The translations under genes were made by a program, and so were the position numbers. The notes below the pieces were generated by a model. That model was not told the DNA's origin. It was given only the letters and a program-made list of their open reading frames with translations, and made no database searches. Of a DNA stretch of 64,000 bases, positions 48,693 to 61,832 are shown one piece after another. Source of the stretch: Xylographa opegraphella (lineage: Eukaryota); assembly GCA_022813865.1 (NCBI GenBank), contig JALDZX010000004.1:620001-684000 (forward strand), read 5' to 3'. The stretch's first letter is position 1, and each line of letters starts with the position of its first letter.

Positions 48693-49882
48693 ATGTTCTC
48701 GACAACCCCTTTGGCCTTCCTAGGCCTGCTCTCACTCGTTCTTCCAGCTGCTGCGCAGACCTGGACATCATGTAATCCCATGAACAGCACAACCTGCCCG
48801 AGCGACCCTGCTCTGGGCACTGCTGCAACCTTCAACTTCACCACTCAGACGTCGACGGATGCTTCGGTATGGAACGCCACCGCTGGAAAGGTGAACTACA
48901 ATACCGAGGGCGCCTTTTTTACGATCAACGAGAGAGGGGAATCCCCCACCATTCAGTCCAACTTCTATATCTTTTTTGGTACTGTCGAAGTCATCATGAA
49001 AGCAGCATCCGGCCAGGGAATCATCAGTAGCATTGTCCTCGAATCAGACGACCTTGACGAAATCGACTGGGAGCTGATGGGTGGAAATACTACACACGCC
49101 GAAACGAACTATTTCGGGAAAGGAAACACGACTTCGTACGATCGGGCGACCTACTATCCGGTGGACAAGCCCCAAGAGAACTTCCACAACTACACTGTGG
49201 TCTGGTCGCAAGAGAAGATCGAATGGCTCATCGACGGAGATGTTGTTCGAACGCTCCTGTACGCAGATGCCCTCGGTGGAAAAGATTTCCCCCAAACCCC
49301 GATGAACGTCCGATTGGGAATCTGGGCCGGCGGCGATTCCTCGGAACCGAACGGAACCGTCGAGTGGGCTGGTGGACCAACCGATTATTCCAAAGGTCCT
49401 TTCGAAATGGTAGTGGCAAGCATCAGAGTGATGGACGCCTCGAAGGGTGCCAGCTACACCTATGGTGACAAGACCGGCAGTTATAAGAGCATCAAGATCG
49501 AAAGGTATACCCATATCTCTTAGCGGGAGTGATCCATAAGCAGAGAGCATATTAACTGATATGACATATTAGCGGCAACTCCACCGTGGCGCAAACAGTG
49601 AACGCCCCACCACCAATGTCGCCCGTCCAGAAATTCCAGTCCCTCTCCAAGGGCGCTCAAATCGGCATCATCGCCGGAGCTGGCGCGGCAGCCGTTGTAC
49701 TCCTCGGCCTGATGATATGCTGCTGCGTCAAGCAGCGCCGATCCGGACGCCGAGAACGCGCGCTTGTGGATGCGGACTACGAGAAACGGACGGCAGAGCT
49801 GATGGCATACCGGGCGGAGATGAGCAAGCAGAGGGGATATGTTCAGGTCAGCAGTTTCGGGGCATCGAGGGAGAGATTCTGA
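48693..49882 (+). CDS. GH16 Crh-family chitin transglycosylase with C-terminal TM helix
   Basis: Signal peptide, QTWTSCNP, catalytic DLDEIDWE, FPQTPM..RLGIWAGG; intron 49505-49572; TM GIIAGAGAAAVVLLGLMICCC. Confidence 0.92.
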
Positions 49883-50268
49883 AATGTGGATGGTCAGCTA
49901 GAATAGGGTCTTCGCAGGCAGAAGTACCCTTAGGGAATATTGTGCATTACTGCGTATTGAGGATCCGACACGTATTACAATCTAATCAATAAACTCACGT
50001 GGATCCATTGATTGATCATCAAATTCGCCTCCAGTATTGCCCTAAATGACTGGCACAAATAGATTATGAGGACTGAATGTTGGCGGGAGGACGGCATCTC
50101 GCTAAAACTCGGTCCCCCAACCCACACATATAAGGTATTCTACACAACACCGCGCCACGTCCTCATCTCAACCAGCTGAACATCCATCCAACCACTCTGC
50201 AATCACTTTGTTCCACAGGCCAACACAACAAAAAGTTCAAGAGCCATAAAATGCAAAACATTATTGAT

Positions 50269-50361
50269 CGACGTAACTAGGATTTGAACCTAGGCCCCCG
50301 AAGGGATATGATACCAGAGAAGGTTTCTAGTCATACGCAATAACCACTCTGCCATCACGTC
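50269..50361 (-). tRNA. tRNA-Ser(AGA) with 12-nt intron
   Basis: Acceptor stem GACGTGA/TTACGTC, D arm TGGCAGAGTGGTT, anticodon stem TATGA/TCATA with CT-AGA-A, intron 50313-50324, long variable arm CCCTTCGGGG, T arm CTAGG-TTCAAAT-CCTAG, G discriminator. Confidence 0.95.
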
Positions 50362-52121
50362 ATGCAACATGGTTTCCCAATGTAAAATATATACTAATGG
50401 CGGTCTCGACTCTCATGTACATGCTTGCTTATCCAATCAATCCATGGGTTCTCGGTATCTTAATTGTTATGCATACTATGCGCAAGGACTAGACTACTGA
50501 GTACGGTTATGCAATGTGATTTTTACATACGGGCGCTCGGAAGTCTTTGGACCGTAAAGATGCGAGGAAATCAAACGGTATCGAACTACACACGCTGCCA
50601 CTTTGTTGTGCATTCTGAGAACGAATGGAGTTGTTGCATGGTGAATGCTCTCCCCGGGATGTAATGACTTTTGCACCGCTACATCTAGACCTTGCTCTAT
50701 CTACACTATACCGAGAAGTGGGCCTCGAGCTGTGGGATCCACCACAGCTGAGATGTTCTTCCCGAGGGTCTGCTCTAACCTCAATGTTGCTCTCGCCCCT
50801 GGAGAGCAAACACAAGGCCTACAATTGTATAGGGCTGTAGCAAGCTACCGAATCGCTCCTTTGGCTGTACAGCTATTCGTAGTGCCCCCACGGTGAGACG
50901 AATACTTGCCAACCCAATCTCTGGCCATGTCACAATGGCGTCTGGGGCAGCAGTCTTGTCCTGGAATTTGTGCATCGCATATTTGACATATTCGATCCTC
51001 ATGAAATCGCTGGTCAATAGCCCTGCTAAACAATGGCAATCGATCTGATTCACAGGTATTCTTGCTGCTAGATCAGTCGCTAGAGGTTCGGATAGCAGCT
51101 CCAGTCGTCAAGGCTAAGGTAAGATAAGAAGGCCAGTGTCAGGGGTTCGCTGTGTTTATTCGACAAAACGTGGAGGCCCTCCATATGATGTCAATATGCT
51201 TGAGCAGCGAAATGGGACGACCCTCTATTCCACTGGACAGTAGTTTTCTAGTGGAGCTTGCAGGACTTGGTGCAGACCCTCGCACGACGTACATAAGCTT
51301 GAAAGCAACTCGCAATCTGTTGTGAAATAAATATCGTCCAGAGATCATCACTCGATGCTGTTACAGCTGCTGACGACAGTGGGAGACTGATCATGACAAA
51401 TTCCACTGACATGTCATTCCTCCTCTTTGTATCCGATCATAAAGCCTTTCGTTATTGGTTCAGAATTTCCTCATTTCATTCCTCGACTGTCTCCATAGCT
51501 TCACGTGAACTTGTATCGAGTAGTGAAAAGGAAACATCGACGATTATAAGCACACAAATCGATGTTCATGATACCATAACGAGTAAGGACTTGTCACTTG
51601 TGGAGCAGATCCCTTGACTTCCGCATACGTCTTGTAGCAGAACACAAATATCATCCTATAGGAACAGAGGAAAAGATTTTGGTCCACCAAAGAAATTAGC
51701 AGACGCAGCCGACACGTTGCGATGAGAACCCATAATATGCAGATCCACATGTGCCAATGAACAAGGAGACCGACCACTGCCGCAGGAGAAGAGTGACTCA
51801 ATGGTCACAATAAAAATGACTTCTTATGCGAAAGCATAATAGAAGAGGTTGTAATACCTTCTGTGGACATGCACAAACATGATACTCAAGTTTCAGAATC
51901 GTCCTCGGTCGCCATTGACGGGCTCACGGGTTACATTGGCTAAGGTAATTCGTTGATCTCCAGGAAAGGCGCGGCTGATATATATACACCCGTGAAAGGC
52001 GCGCAGCTCTGACGTAGTTAGTACACATACGTCCCCTCCACGCCAGTCGAATATTGCTCGGCGCATACGGTAACCTACTCAAATAGATAGATGTAGCACC
52101 CCACCCGCCGTTAATGATTTG

Positions 52122-53523
52122 ATGGGTGACGACCCAGGCGAGCGGACCTTGCTGGGCAAGGCTGTGGTACTGTGAGACCGACCTCTTGATCGAGGGACAT
52201 TGCCTAACAAGAACAGGACACAGCCCTTGTTCCTGTCCACGCTGCCGTCTCCAAGCCCGCTCAGCGAGCGTATCTCGGTACTTTTCTGTTCGCCACCACG
52301 AGTCTGATATTGCTATGCACGTCCACTTTCGCCTATGTTCTCTTCTACTACAACTACGTGCCGCAGATTGCGGTCGAGCGGACTGTACATCTTCAATTCG
52401 GGTTGGCAATCCCGGCCGAGGAGTTGAACACGGCTGATATGTCGAGGGTGTTAGCAATGGCAATCCATACGGCGTTACATCCATTGCTTCCTCCTTAGTC
52501 TCGCTCCAACCATACGATGTATCTCTCACCCTCCGTCTCCCGCGTACCCCGGGCAATCTGGCCGCCGGCAACTTCATGCTTGATTTAGCCCTGCTTTCGC
52601 CCTCTGATTCGATCTCGGCACCAGCAGATCTGGTCTCTCCGGCGCTCGTGTCGAGTAACATTTCTGGTTCCGTCCTAGCGCTTTCACGGCGTCCAGCGAT
52701 TCTCACCTACACATCGCCAATAGTAGATACAGCGTCCAAGCTGAGCAGTCTGCCATGGTATATGCTGGGATGGCGAAAGGAGAGTGAGGTACTGGAAATC
52801 AACATGTTCGAGGGCGTCGTGTTCTCAAAAGGATGGAGGAATATTCCGGACAAAGTTCGGTTAACAGTGGAGGCGGACGAAAAGATGCAATTCTACGAGG
52901 TGTCTTTCAGGATTGTTGCTAGGTTTGGGGGTTTACGGTGGGCTTCCTCGACTGCTTACCCGCATACCAGGTGGATCTCTACTGACAGAAGATTCAGCTG
53001 GATCCTGTACAACCACCGCATTCTCTCCTACCTCTTCTTCACGACAACCTTTTTCACCGTCTCTCTGACCTCCACCTGCCTTGCCTATCTCTTCTTATCA
53101 TCCTATCTGTCTTCGGTATCTCCTCCCATTACTAAATCCGAATCTGGAATCCACATCAAACGCGAGCCCTCGGCCTCAGAGTCCGAGCCCTTCAATCCGC
53201 TTTCCACCTCCGATCTCTCCGACGCCTCTCGTACCTTCCCAACCATCGGCCGGCAGATGCCGCTTCACTTTTCCAGCCGCACCAACACCAGGAAACGGGA
53301 AGAGGACGATGCGAGGGTGAAGCAAGAGGAGGCTGACGAGCTCGAGCGCACTACACGCGTCCAACCCTTGGTCGCAGAACCAGACGACGAAGACGAAGAC
53401 GACGACGCAGAGTTTTTTTCATTCCGCGATTCGGGCATCGGCACGAGTCTGGACGAAGGGGACAGGAGAGCCGTGCAACGGCGGCGGAAAGCCTTGTTCG
53501 GGGGTGGAGGACGCGGCACATAG
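52122..53523 (+). CDS. SEI1: Seipin (lipid-droplet biogenesis protein)
   Basis: TM1 then FYYNYVP...VHLQFG; QPYDVSLTLRLPRTPGNLAAGNFML; FGGLRWILYNHRI then TM2; three introns. Confidence 0.88.
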
Positions 53524-54013
53524 GTCACAAATCCGCTTTCATCGAGCCGTAGCTGCCAGCCACCAATGGTGACCCGGTCTGGAATCATGGAAACTCAAAG
53601 ACTTCCTTTTTCCCTTTTCCTTTTCCGTTTTGTGCCGCCCTACACGTGCTCCAAACACCAGGCTCGAGCACCCAGAAAGTCTACAGTACCTCATCTAAAA
53701 CCATCCACACCCTCGTCACCGAATACCATAACAACACGCATAATCCCCCCCCCCTTCCTTCCGCTTTCTAAACCCATGAAACTGTAAAGCCCAAGAAAAT
53801 AGTTCGTCATATCCCCCATGGCATCTTCCCCCAGTAACATCTGCACCAAGCTTCATCCGCCACGATCAGCCTCCGTACACTCGAGTCGCCCATGCCGCGC
53901 AGCGAGACACGCGCACTCACCACGATAACCATCCGAAGCCCCTCGCCCCCCATCCAGCCATTCCAAGCCCCAGCAACTGCGTCCAAAAAACCCTCTAAGC
54001 CCCCCCCTCCCTC

Positions 54014-54319
54014 TCACGCCCCCTCCCCCTCCGCCCTCACATTCTCCTTCCCCATCTCGCCCGCCAGCTTACTGTCCCTCTTGGCCTGCTCCGCGCCCTC
54101 TTTAGGCTCGGCGGCCGGCTCCCCCTTGGCGCGGGCAGCCTTGCTGCAGACGGCGCACGTGTAGCCGGCGGCGTAGCGGGCGGTGAGGTACTGCACCTTG
54201 GGCTTGGTGCAGTAGTCGTCGTGGGAGCTGGGCGCGGGCAGCTTGGGCGCGTGGCAGGGCATGAGCAGGTGCGTGGACGTGTGCCCGCACGGGTGCGGGA
54301 CGGAGGTGATGTGGCACAT
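54014..54319 (-). CDS. Small Cys/His-rich hypothetical protein
   Basis: 101-aa intronless ORF MC-x8-CGH...C...C...CxxC; strong GC3 bias; pyrimidine-rich leader. Confidence 0.6.
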   Translation of the reverse strand: MCHITSVPHPCGHTSTHLLMPCHAPKLPAPSSHDDYCTKPKVQYLTARYAAGYTCAVCSKAARAKGEPAAEPKEGAEQAKRDSKLAGEMGKENVRAEGEGA

Positions 54320-55122
54320 TTTTCTGGAGGGGGAATGTGCACGGGGTGGGGGGTTGATGATGGATGGTTTTGATGGGTGATGGGGTTGGGGACTGGATGC
54401 TGGTTAGCTGGGGAGGTTCAGACTGGAGGCTGGAAGATGAGACCGAGGCGTGCGGGGGAGAGTCGGATGACCGAGGTGTTGAGGTCGGGATGGAGAGAGT
54501 GTGTCGGTGGTCGTGGTGGTGTCAAGGCCGCCTTTCGGGGGTGTGCGGGTGTCCTGCTGGAGTCGGGCGATGGAAGGATCGAGAGGCGTGGTTGGAGGAC
54601 GGGTAGAAGAACATCTGATCTGGGGTGGATATGGATGCTTGAAAGAGGAAGAAGGTGGGAGATGGAGAAGTGATGGGAGGTGAAGTTGTGGGATGAGGCC
54701 GTGAATGGAGTCGTGGGGTGGAGACCACCGGAAGTTTGTCCAAAGGTCGCTGTCTCATGGATGCACGTGCGTCACACCCAAAGTACGTGGGGCTGCTAGA
54801 TTTGATCTGTTGTTTCTGGTGTAAAATGGGAGCATAGCCGTTGCTGTCGCTATGACACATGCTGTCACTCTACATTGTAGTGGCAATCCAATGTATCACG
54901 TGACGAGAACTGCATGGCAACGGCAACACGCCTGCGAAGAGGAACAGGGATGTCCTCCGTTCTTGTGAGTCTGAGGATTATGATCTTCGGGTTGCTTATG
55001 AGCAACAGTCCGGTAGATATAGGAAAGCAGATGTACAGTACGTGCCGGGTATCCGCAAATGAAAGGACAATAGACGAAGAAAAGTTACAGAGAGTATGAT
55101 GTTACATGCCCCTTCAGGGTTA

Positions 55123-55827
55123 TTATTCGTCATCCACAAAGGAGCTCGCTATTCGACCGAAGAACGGAACCTCAAACCTGTCGAGTGTATCCGCTTGACC
55201 GAGTCAGATATGTGTAGCAAATGGAACGAGGAGAACGTACCATCGCGGTAGGCATGCAGAGACAGGAAACCGATGAGAAGGATGTCGACCACGAAGAGGA
55301 GCCAGGATATCACCTTCGAGAAAGAGAATATAAGGTGGATGATAAAGACGACGGCGAAGAGGAGGCTCGACTGCCAAGCATGGAATCTGGAGACCATGAC
55401 GCATCAGCCACGAATCTGAATGTCCCCCGGAACGCAACCTCTCCCATCCGGTCTGCCACAGTCCCCGGAAGGTTCTGACATACCGCACATAATCGCTCTT
55501 ATGCTCCATGACCAACAAGATGACTCCTCCCGCAGGCGGCAGCAGCAAATAGGCCAGCATAGCCTCGTAATCCAGCCTGATGGGCAAGCTGGTCTCGAAC
55601 AGGTTCACATTGAGTCTTCCTCCCTCGACGTCGGGCCCGCCGAATCCCGTTGCAGCACCGCCGAGGTGACTTGGAGGAGGGAGGGCTGACGTGGAGTAAG
55701 GATCGGTGGAGTATCGATTGGACGGCGGGGAATTTGGGGTCGGCGATCGGGATGACGAACGACGTGGCGGGGGCGAGAGCGCTCGTTCGTGTTCGGGGGC
55801 GGTATCTTGGTAGGGTGCAAAGTCCAT
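55123..55827 (-). CDS. UPF0132-like small membrane protein (3 exons)
   Basis: MDFAPYQD..., FETSLPIRLDYEAMLAYLLLPPAGG, EHKSDYVR|FHAWQSSLLF...|ADTLDRFEVPFFG. Confidence 0.85.
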
Positions 55828-56510
55828 GGTGTCTACCCGGGTACCTTGCCTTTGTGTCGTGCAGACTCCTCCCGGTGGGGATGTCACTTGGTCGCGTGGG
55901 AGGAAGTGTCTCACAGTCACACAGTCTCACCCATCAGGGCGATTAGCAGCGTTAGACTAGACTCGGTTCTAGTTTGTAGCCGAGCGTGTAAAGTTCAATC
56001 TAGCCCGATCCCACTTACAGTGCCGCTGAACAGCGCTTGACTTAGGGGAAGTAAGGTAAAATGTCGCACTGTCAACTGCAAACTACCTTAAACTCGCGGT
56101 TCACGACTCGCTCCGAATGGAATATTCACGCCACGGCCCATTTGTTCGATGCATCGTTCCAGCTGCCCGGCTGCCCTCCTGGTCTCGTTCCGCCACCAAG
56201 CAGGGCTTCAGCTGACTGCAGCCTCCGGCACTGTCAGCGGCCCCGGTATCTGGTGTGATAGGCCTGTAGCTCTACGGCGGGTCCCTTTCGCGAGTCTGAC
56301 ATCTTGCATTCGTTGATTATCCAGTGCGTCGCTAGGATCGTCGGCCTGAGGGATGCTGAGAGGCTTTCCAAGCTGTAAACCACAAACCAATGAAACATAC
56401 TCAAGCAGCGGTGTGGCGGTCCAACCAGGAGCACGAATCCTACCTGACATGCTGGTGAACCTTGCATCGTTTGTTTAAATCCTGAATGTCGTGCAGCTAG
56501 TCATTGCCAT

Positions 56511-56558
56511 GCTGCCTGCCACGCTGCCTGCCACGCTGCCTGCCACGCTGCCTGCCAC
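56511..56558. repeat. 12-bp tandem repeat x4 (GCTGCCTGCCAC)
   Basis: Four exact copies upstream of the ABC transporter. Confidence 0.95.
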
Positions 56559-56984
56559 GCACGAAGACGACTTCTCTTCTAATGTACAACAGCGTCCTCT
56601 TCTCTCTCAGTCGGTCTTCACCTCTGCCTCCTCCTCACCGTCGCATCTCTCTTCTCCCAACGTGTGTGCTGAGTGTGCTTGTTGAAGTCTGACTTGATCC
56701 CGCCTTCCTTTCTGGTTATTTTTCTACATTCACTCTGTCCGCCGATGGTCTAGGTACACGATTAGACTTTCCGGGGGACAATGGACCATAGTGCGGGGGC
56801 TTGCTCTTTCCTGTTGTGAATGAATCTTCGGCGACTTCGTTGACTTCATTCTTTTCGGGTCAAATTTCCTTGCTTCCTTGCAAACCCTTCCTCCACCTCG
56901 ATTTCACGTCGGCCTGACCTCCGAACTTGACGATCAATAACCAGGTACTCTTACACTCTTCCTGGCCGTGCCGCCAGACCGGAT

Positions 56985-59900
56985 ATGCTGTCTGCTAGAG
57001 ACGTAGTGGTCCTTCTTCGCTATGTGACCCCGTTCGCCGTATTCTTCTACTATTGTATTGATACAGTCATTGGCCTATGTACACTCCGGTCTGGCGAGGT
57101 TGAGGGTAGAAATCCAAGACTGACGGTACTTGGTCTCATGTCCGTGGTAATAGTCACATATGTACGTGTGCCATGCTGTAAGCTTCGCGGTTCTTCTCGA
57201 GCTAACAGAGATAGATATGTGAAGATGGCATTATCCTCAGTCAATTGTCGTTTGAAGAAAATCGGCTGGCAACGACGGACAGTAACATCTACGTTCTAGC
57301 TACCCTGCTGATCTGGTTTGTACTCATTGCCTCCCTGCTCGGCTCGAAGGGTAGTCTATGGTCTCCATACTATGGATCATGGCTTATCACCCTCATTTCG
57401 GAGATGCTGGTTTTAAGCTTAGGATTGAGCTCGTATCGACCCTCGACGGGCATCCAATATGTGCAAATAGGACTTGAAGCTCTGCGTCTGATTCTCCTGG
57501 CTGCCCTCCCCGTTGTTACTTTCGTATTCCTGAGGACACCGAATTCGGATCGTGGCAGCGATGTGGAATCCTCACCGCTCCTCGGACACTCTCAAGGAAT
57601 CTCTGAAGACTCGCAGCGCTCCGCTGGCACCTATGGCTCCACGTTAACTCAGAATACGGCAGAGAATACCTCTTCTACATCAAACGAGGAAATCGAAAAT
57701 CTTGCTCAGCAGGAGATGAAGAAAGAAAACCATGACCTGGAACTCTTGAACAAGCGCATTAAAGAGACCGGAAACTGGTGGGCGTACGCTAAAAGCTATT
57801 CGGTATGCTGCATAAATATCTCTTGATCTGATGATCCTGGTTTAATCGGTCTTGACGTAAACATCACCGTGCTAACATCGGACAGATATTCCTACAGTAC
57901 ATCTGGCCATCGAGAAACACTCGTCTGCAGCTAAACATGGTAGGTGTGGGTTTATGTATTGGTGCTATAAGAGTGTTGAATGTCCTTGTTCCACGTCAAT
58001 TGGGCCTGCTAGTCAACTCCTTAGGACATATAGGTTACAGTCGCCCATTTCTGGAGCTTGGTGTTTATATACTGCTGGCTTCATTGGAATCAAGAGTAGG
58101 TATAAGAGCGTTGCGGACTTATCTTTGGTTACCAGTAGAGATTTACGCTTCCCAGTCTATCGACTGCGCATCTTATAACCACATCATGTCACTTTCGAGC
58201 GACTTTCATGACAGCAAGCGATCGGGCGAACTCTACAAAGCAATGCAGCAGGGGCAATCTGTCATCCAGCTTCTCGAAACCGTACTCTATCAACTGGCGC
58301 CGATGATTATGGATCTGCTAATCGCATGCTTCTTCATGAACTACCTTTTCGACGCCTACATGGTCTTGATTGTCACTAGCACTATGGTTTTCTATCTCTG
58401 GGCATCTGTATATTTCACCCTGATAATGACTACGTCACGACGACAATACATCGCTGCTATCCGTCGAGCCTATCAAGTCTTGTACGATACTATGGGCGGC
58501 TGGAAGACGGTATCGTACTTCAACCGTATGCGGCATGCTGAAGAGCTCTACGCTACGAGTACGAGCGTCAACATGCGGTTTCGATGGAAGAATTCAGTGA
58601 TCTACTACGTTTCGGATGGTTTACAAGGCCTGATTCTGGACATTGGACTCTTTGGTGCATGCTTCTACGCGATTTACCAAGTGATTTATGGAAACCAGAG
58701 CGTAGGGCAATTTGTGACACTCTTTACATACTGGGCCAATCTTGCTGGTTGGTCGTCCCAATCATCCTGTTTGTAGGGAAAAACGCTGATTCGCTACGTA
58801 GGACCTCTGAATACACTTAGTTCCGCACATCGGGAACTCATGGGCAATCTGGTGGATGCCGAGCAACTCCTTGAGCTCTTCAACACTCGACCGACAATTC
58901 GTGATGGACCTGGCCATCTATATCTGAAGCAAGCGCAGGTTGACTTCAATCAGGTGAGGTTTTCGTATGATGGCAAAAAGCCAATTCTCGATGGCATAAG
59001 CTTCCATGTCAAAGCAGGCCAGACGATTGCTCTGATAGGAGAATCAGGAGGTGGTAAATCCACGATTCTGAAGTTACTGTTCCGCTTCTACGATGTGACC
59101 GGAGGCTCGATACTGATCGACGGACAAGACATACGAAACGTGACACTTGAAAGCTTACGAAAATGTATTGGTGTGGTGCCTCAAGATCCATCGCTGTTCA
59201 ATGATACAATCATGAGTAACGTCCGTTATGCAAAATTGGACGCGACTAATGAGGAAATTGTCGAAGCGTGCAAAGCTGCCGCTATACATGACAAGATCAT
59301 GACATTCACAAACGGATACATGTCAAAGGTGGGCGAACATGGTGTGAAACTCTCTGGAGGCGAATTGCAGAGAATTGCAATCGCACGAGCTATCCTCAAA
59401 AACCCGGATATCATCCTTTTGGATGAGGCTACGAGTAGTGTGGACAGTGAGACCGAAGGAAAGATACAAGCCGCTTTGAACAAGCTCTCCGAGAACCGCA
59501 CCACATTTATAGTTGCACATCGGCTTTCAACTATCGTGGATGCGGATTTGGTACTGGTCATCAAGGAGGGTGCTATTCTCGAGCAAGGGCCTCCTGAAGA
59601 GTTGCTCAGATCAAAAGGGAAATATTACAGTCTATGGGCGAAACAGATGGGTATTCAAATACCGGTTGAAGCCGAGTCTGGGGACAAGAGCTCTGATAGT
59701 GACGACGAAGTGCGGAATTCGAATAAATCAGGCAAAGGTGATCCGTTGGATATGACTACGACCAACGGCCCGGATCAAGCTGAAGGTGAAAAGAGCCGGA
59801 AGCCTTTGAAGCGTCCTACACCACGTAAAGCCTCGAACAGTAAGCACAAGGTCTTCACTGCTTTTGGCAAAAGGATATTCCGGCCCGATGCCCCTGAGTT

Positions 59901-60609
59901 TGTGCCTCAATATCAGCGAGGAACCGTAGCGTCCAGTAGCCAAGATGCATCTCACCACCACAATTTACCAGGTCACGATCAGAGTCACGAGGCAATAACT
60001 GTAAGGGGGACGGACAAGGATAAAAAGCAGAGATCACGGAAGCGAAAAGTGAAACAAAACGATTCTTCAGTTGCGATCAATCATCCGAATCCCGAAATCA
60101 ACAACGTGGACGGCACGACCGATATGCTGGACCAGGGAGCGGCCATACAATCGAACAGAGTCGAGCCACAAGCTAAGAGATCGCGCTTCAACCGCAGGCA
60201 TCAGTCCAAAAGCGAACCTGCCAACCAAAGCCTTCTGCACAGCCAAGCGGACGGTACCAGCGAAGGTGATGGACTCCCAATGGAGTCAGGCGATACTCGC
60301 CCAGTGGAGAACTCTTTTAGGCGCGTGACAGCTCCTAGTGATGCTCCATCCGGATCTCAGACGGTGCCTACCGTGCCGCAAGGTCAAAGTCGTCGAAGCC
60401 GTCAACGCCACTGGAAAGGTCGAAAACTGGATCCTTCTGGAAGTTTCGGCGCACAAGGCTCAGGTACCGGTCATGACTGGTCCTCGGATGCGCCCTCGAG
60501 TGGTGTGCCTGCGGTGCCGTTCAGTTCACCCGCGGGAGGTGTCACGCCGATGAACGAATTGTCGAGAGAACCCAGCGGAAGTGGCGTTCGATTTGTTCAT
60601 GGAGCTTGA
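56985..60609 (+). CDS. ABCB-type half transporter, HMT1/ABCB6-like, with long disordered C-terminal tail
   Basis: N-terminal TM extension, HIMSLSSDFHDSK, Walker A GESGGGKST, signature LSGGELQR, Walker B ILLDEATS, AHRLST; three introns. Confidence 0.9.
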
Positions 60610-61832
60610 CAGCCTGTGGTGGTACGTCAGGCGGTGACATGAAGTAGCGGCGAAGAGTGGTGATAATTGTCGATATGTTCGACTCGCGGACTGTTGCCAC
60701 AACTAGATTCTGGGCTTTCAAGGCATACTACAAGCAGAAACGGATAGAAAAGGACACAGCCAGAATCTGGCGGAGCTTGTTAAAGCTTGCTAAAGCTTCA
60801 TATGATAATGCTAAGACTGGCTCGGATTGCTAACGTTTATTACATAGCTTCACACCAATGTGATGACATGATGAGAAGAATGATAGACACAATTGACAAC
60901 ACTGATATCATGCATGGGTTTCTTACGGTCTCGGATGTGCTCCAGGGGCGTTGTGACAGTTGCAATATAAAATTGCACCATAATCGAAAGGAAGTATGAC
61001 TGGAAAACATGTTGTTATCAGTATGAACAACCCATTGTAACTCACTGGCCTCCTCATGATTCAGTCTATACCACTCCCTAATCAATCGCTAAGACAGACA
61101 ATGCGGTTCTCTGCCTCGTGCCCACCGATGTATCGTACAATACAAGACTCCCCGAATAGACTATTGAAATCACTACCATTGGGATCCTCTGCGATGTAAG
61201 AGTTCCGATTAAGGTCTCGAGAAGGGGGGCAGATCGTTCTCGGTCTCAAGTTTAGGGACTGGAAATGAAAGATTCAGGCGTCCAATTTTAGGCGGCTGAC
61301 TGGGGCGTGAAGCCTTCACGATAAGGGACCTTATCTAGGGGTGTCGAGCCCCTGTAATCATGCTCCAGGATGCATGGCTAGAATGCATTTAGCACGTGAG
61401 ACGTCAGAATTACGGTACCTCGGTTCCTACGGTAAGATAGATATGCTAGACCACTCTTGGCGAATTCTTCTTCCAAATGTTTCGACGACTACGAGCAACG
61501 TCTATATCGCCTTCACATGGCTCAGGCGCTACGCATGGAGCCGCTTGCAAAGTCCTCGGTCGACGTTCCGGAGTTGCTGCCGTACGCCTCCAGAAAGCTG
61601 ACGAAGATTTTATTATGGGCCTTCTGATGACATGGTGGAAAAGAGTTTGCACGGGCAGACGTCATACCAGGAAAGGGCCGGGAGATGGGGGAGTGTCAAG
61701 ATATAAGACTGGCGAAGAGGGTTGATTGCTGCTTCGATTATCGTTAGCGTATCATCACAGTTCTTGCCTGCAGAGACGATTTTGTTAACTTGTCGTATTA
61801 ATACTGCTATCAAATAATTGATTTTAGCCATA

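Noticed and set aside
50400..52000. Cluster of short ORFs between the tRNA and seipin
   Set aside because: No recognisable motifs or coherent exon chain; may be decayed sequence but cannot be supported
51924..52706. 260-aa minus-strand ORF
   Set aside because: Antisense shadow of the seipin exons
60860..60910. GTGATGA/ATGATGA followed by CTGA
   Set aside because: Spacing too short and no recognisable guide
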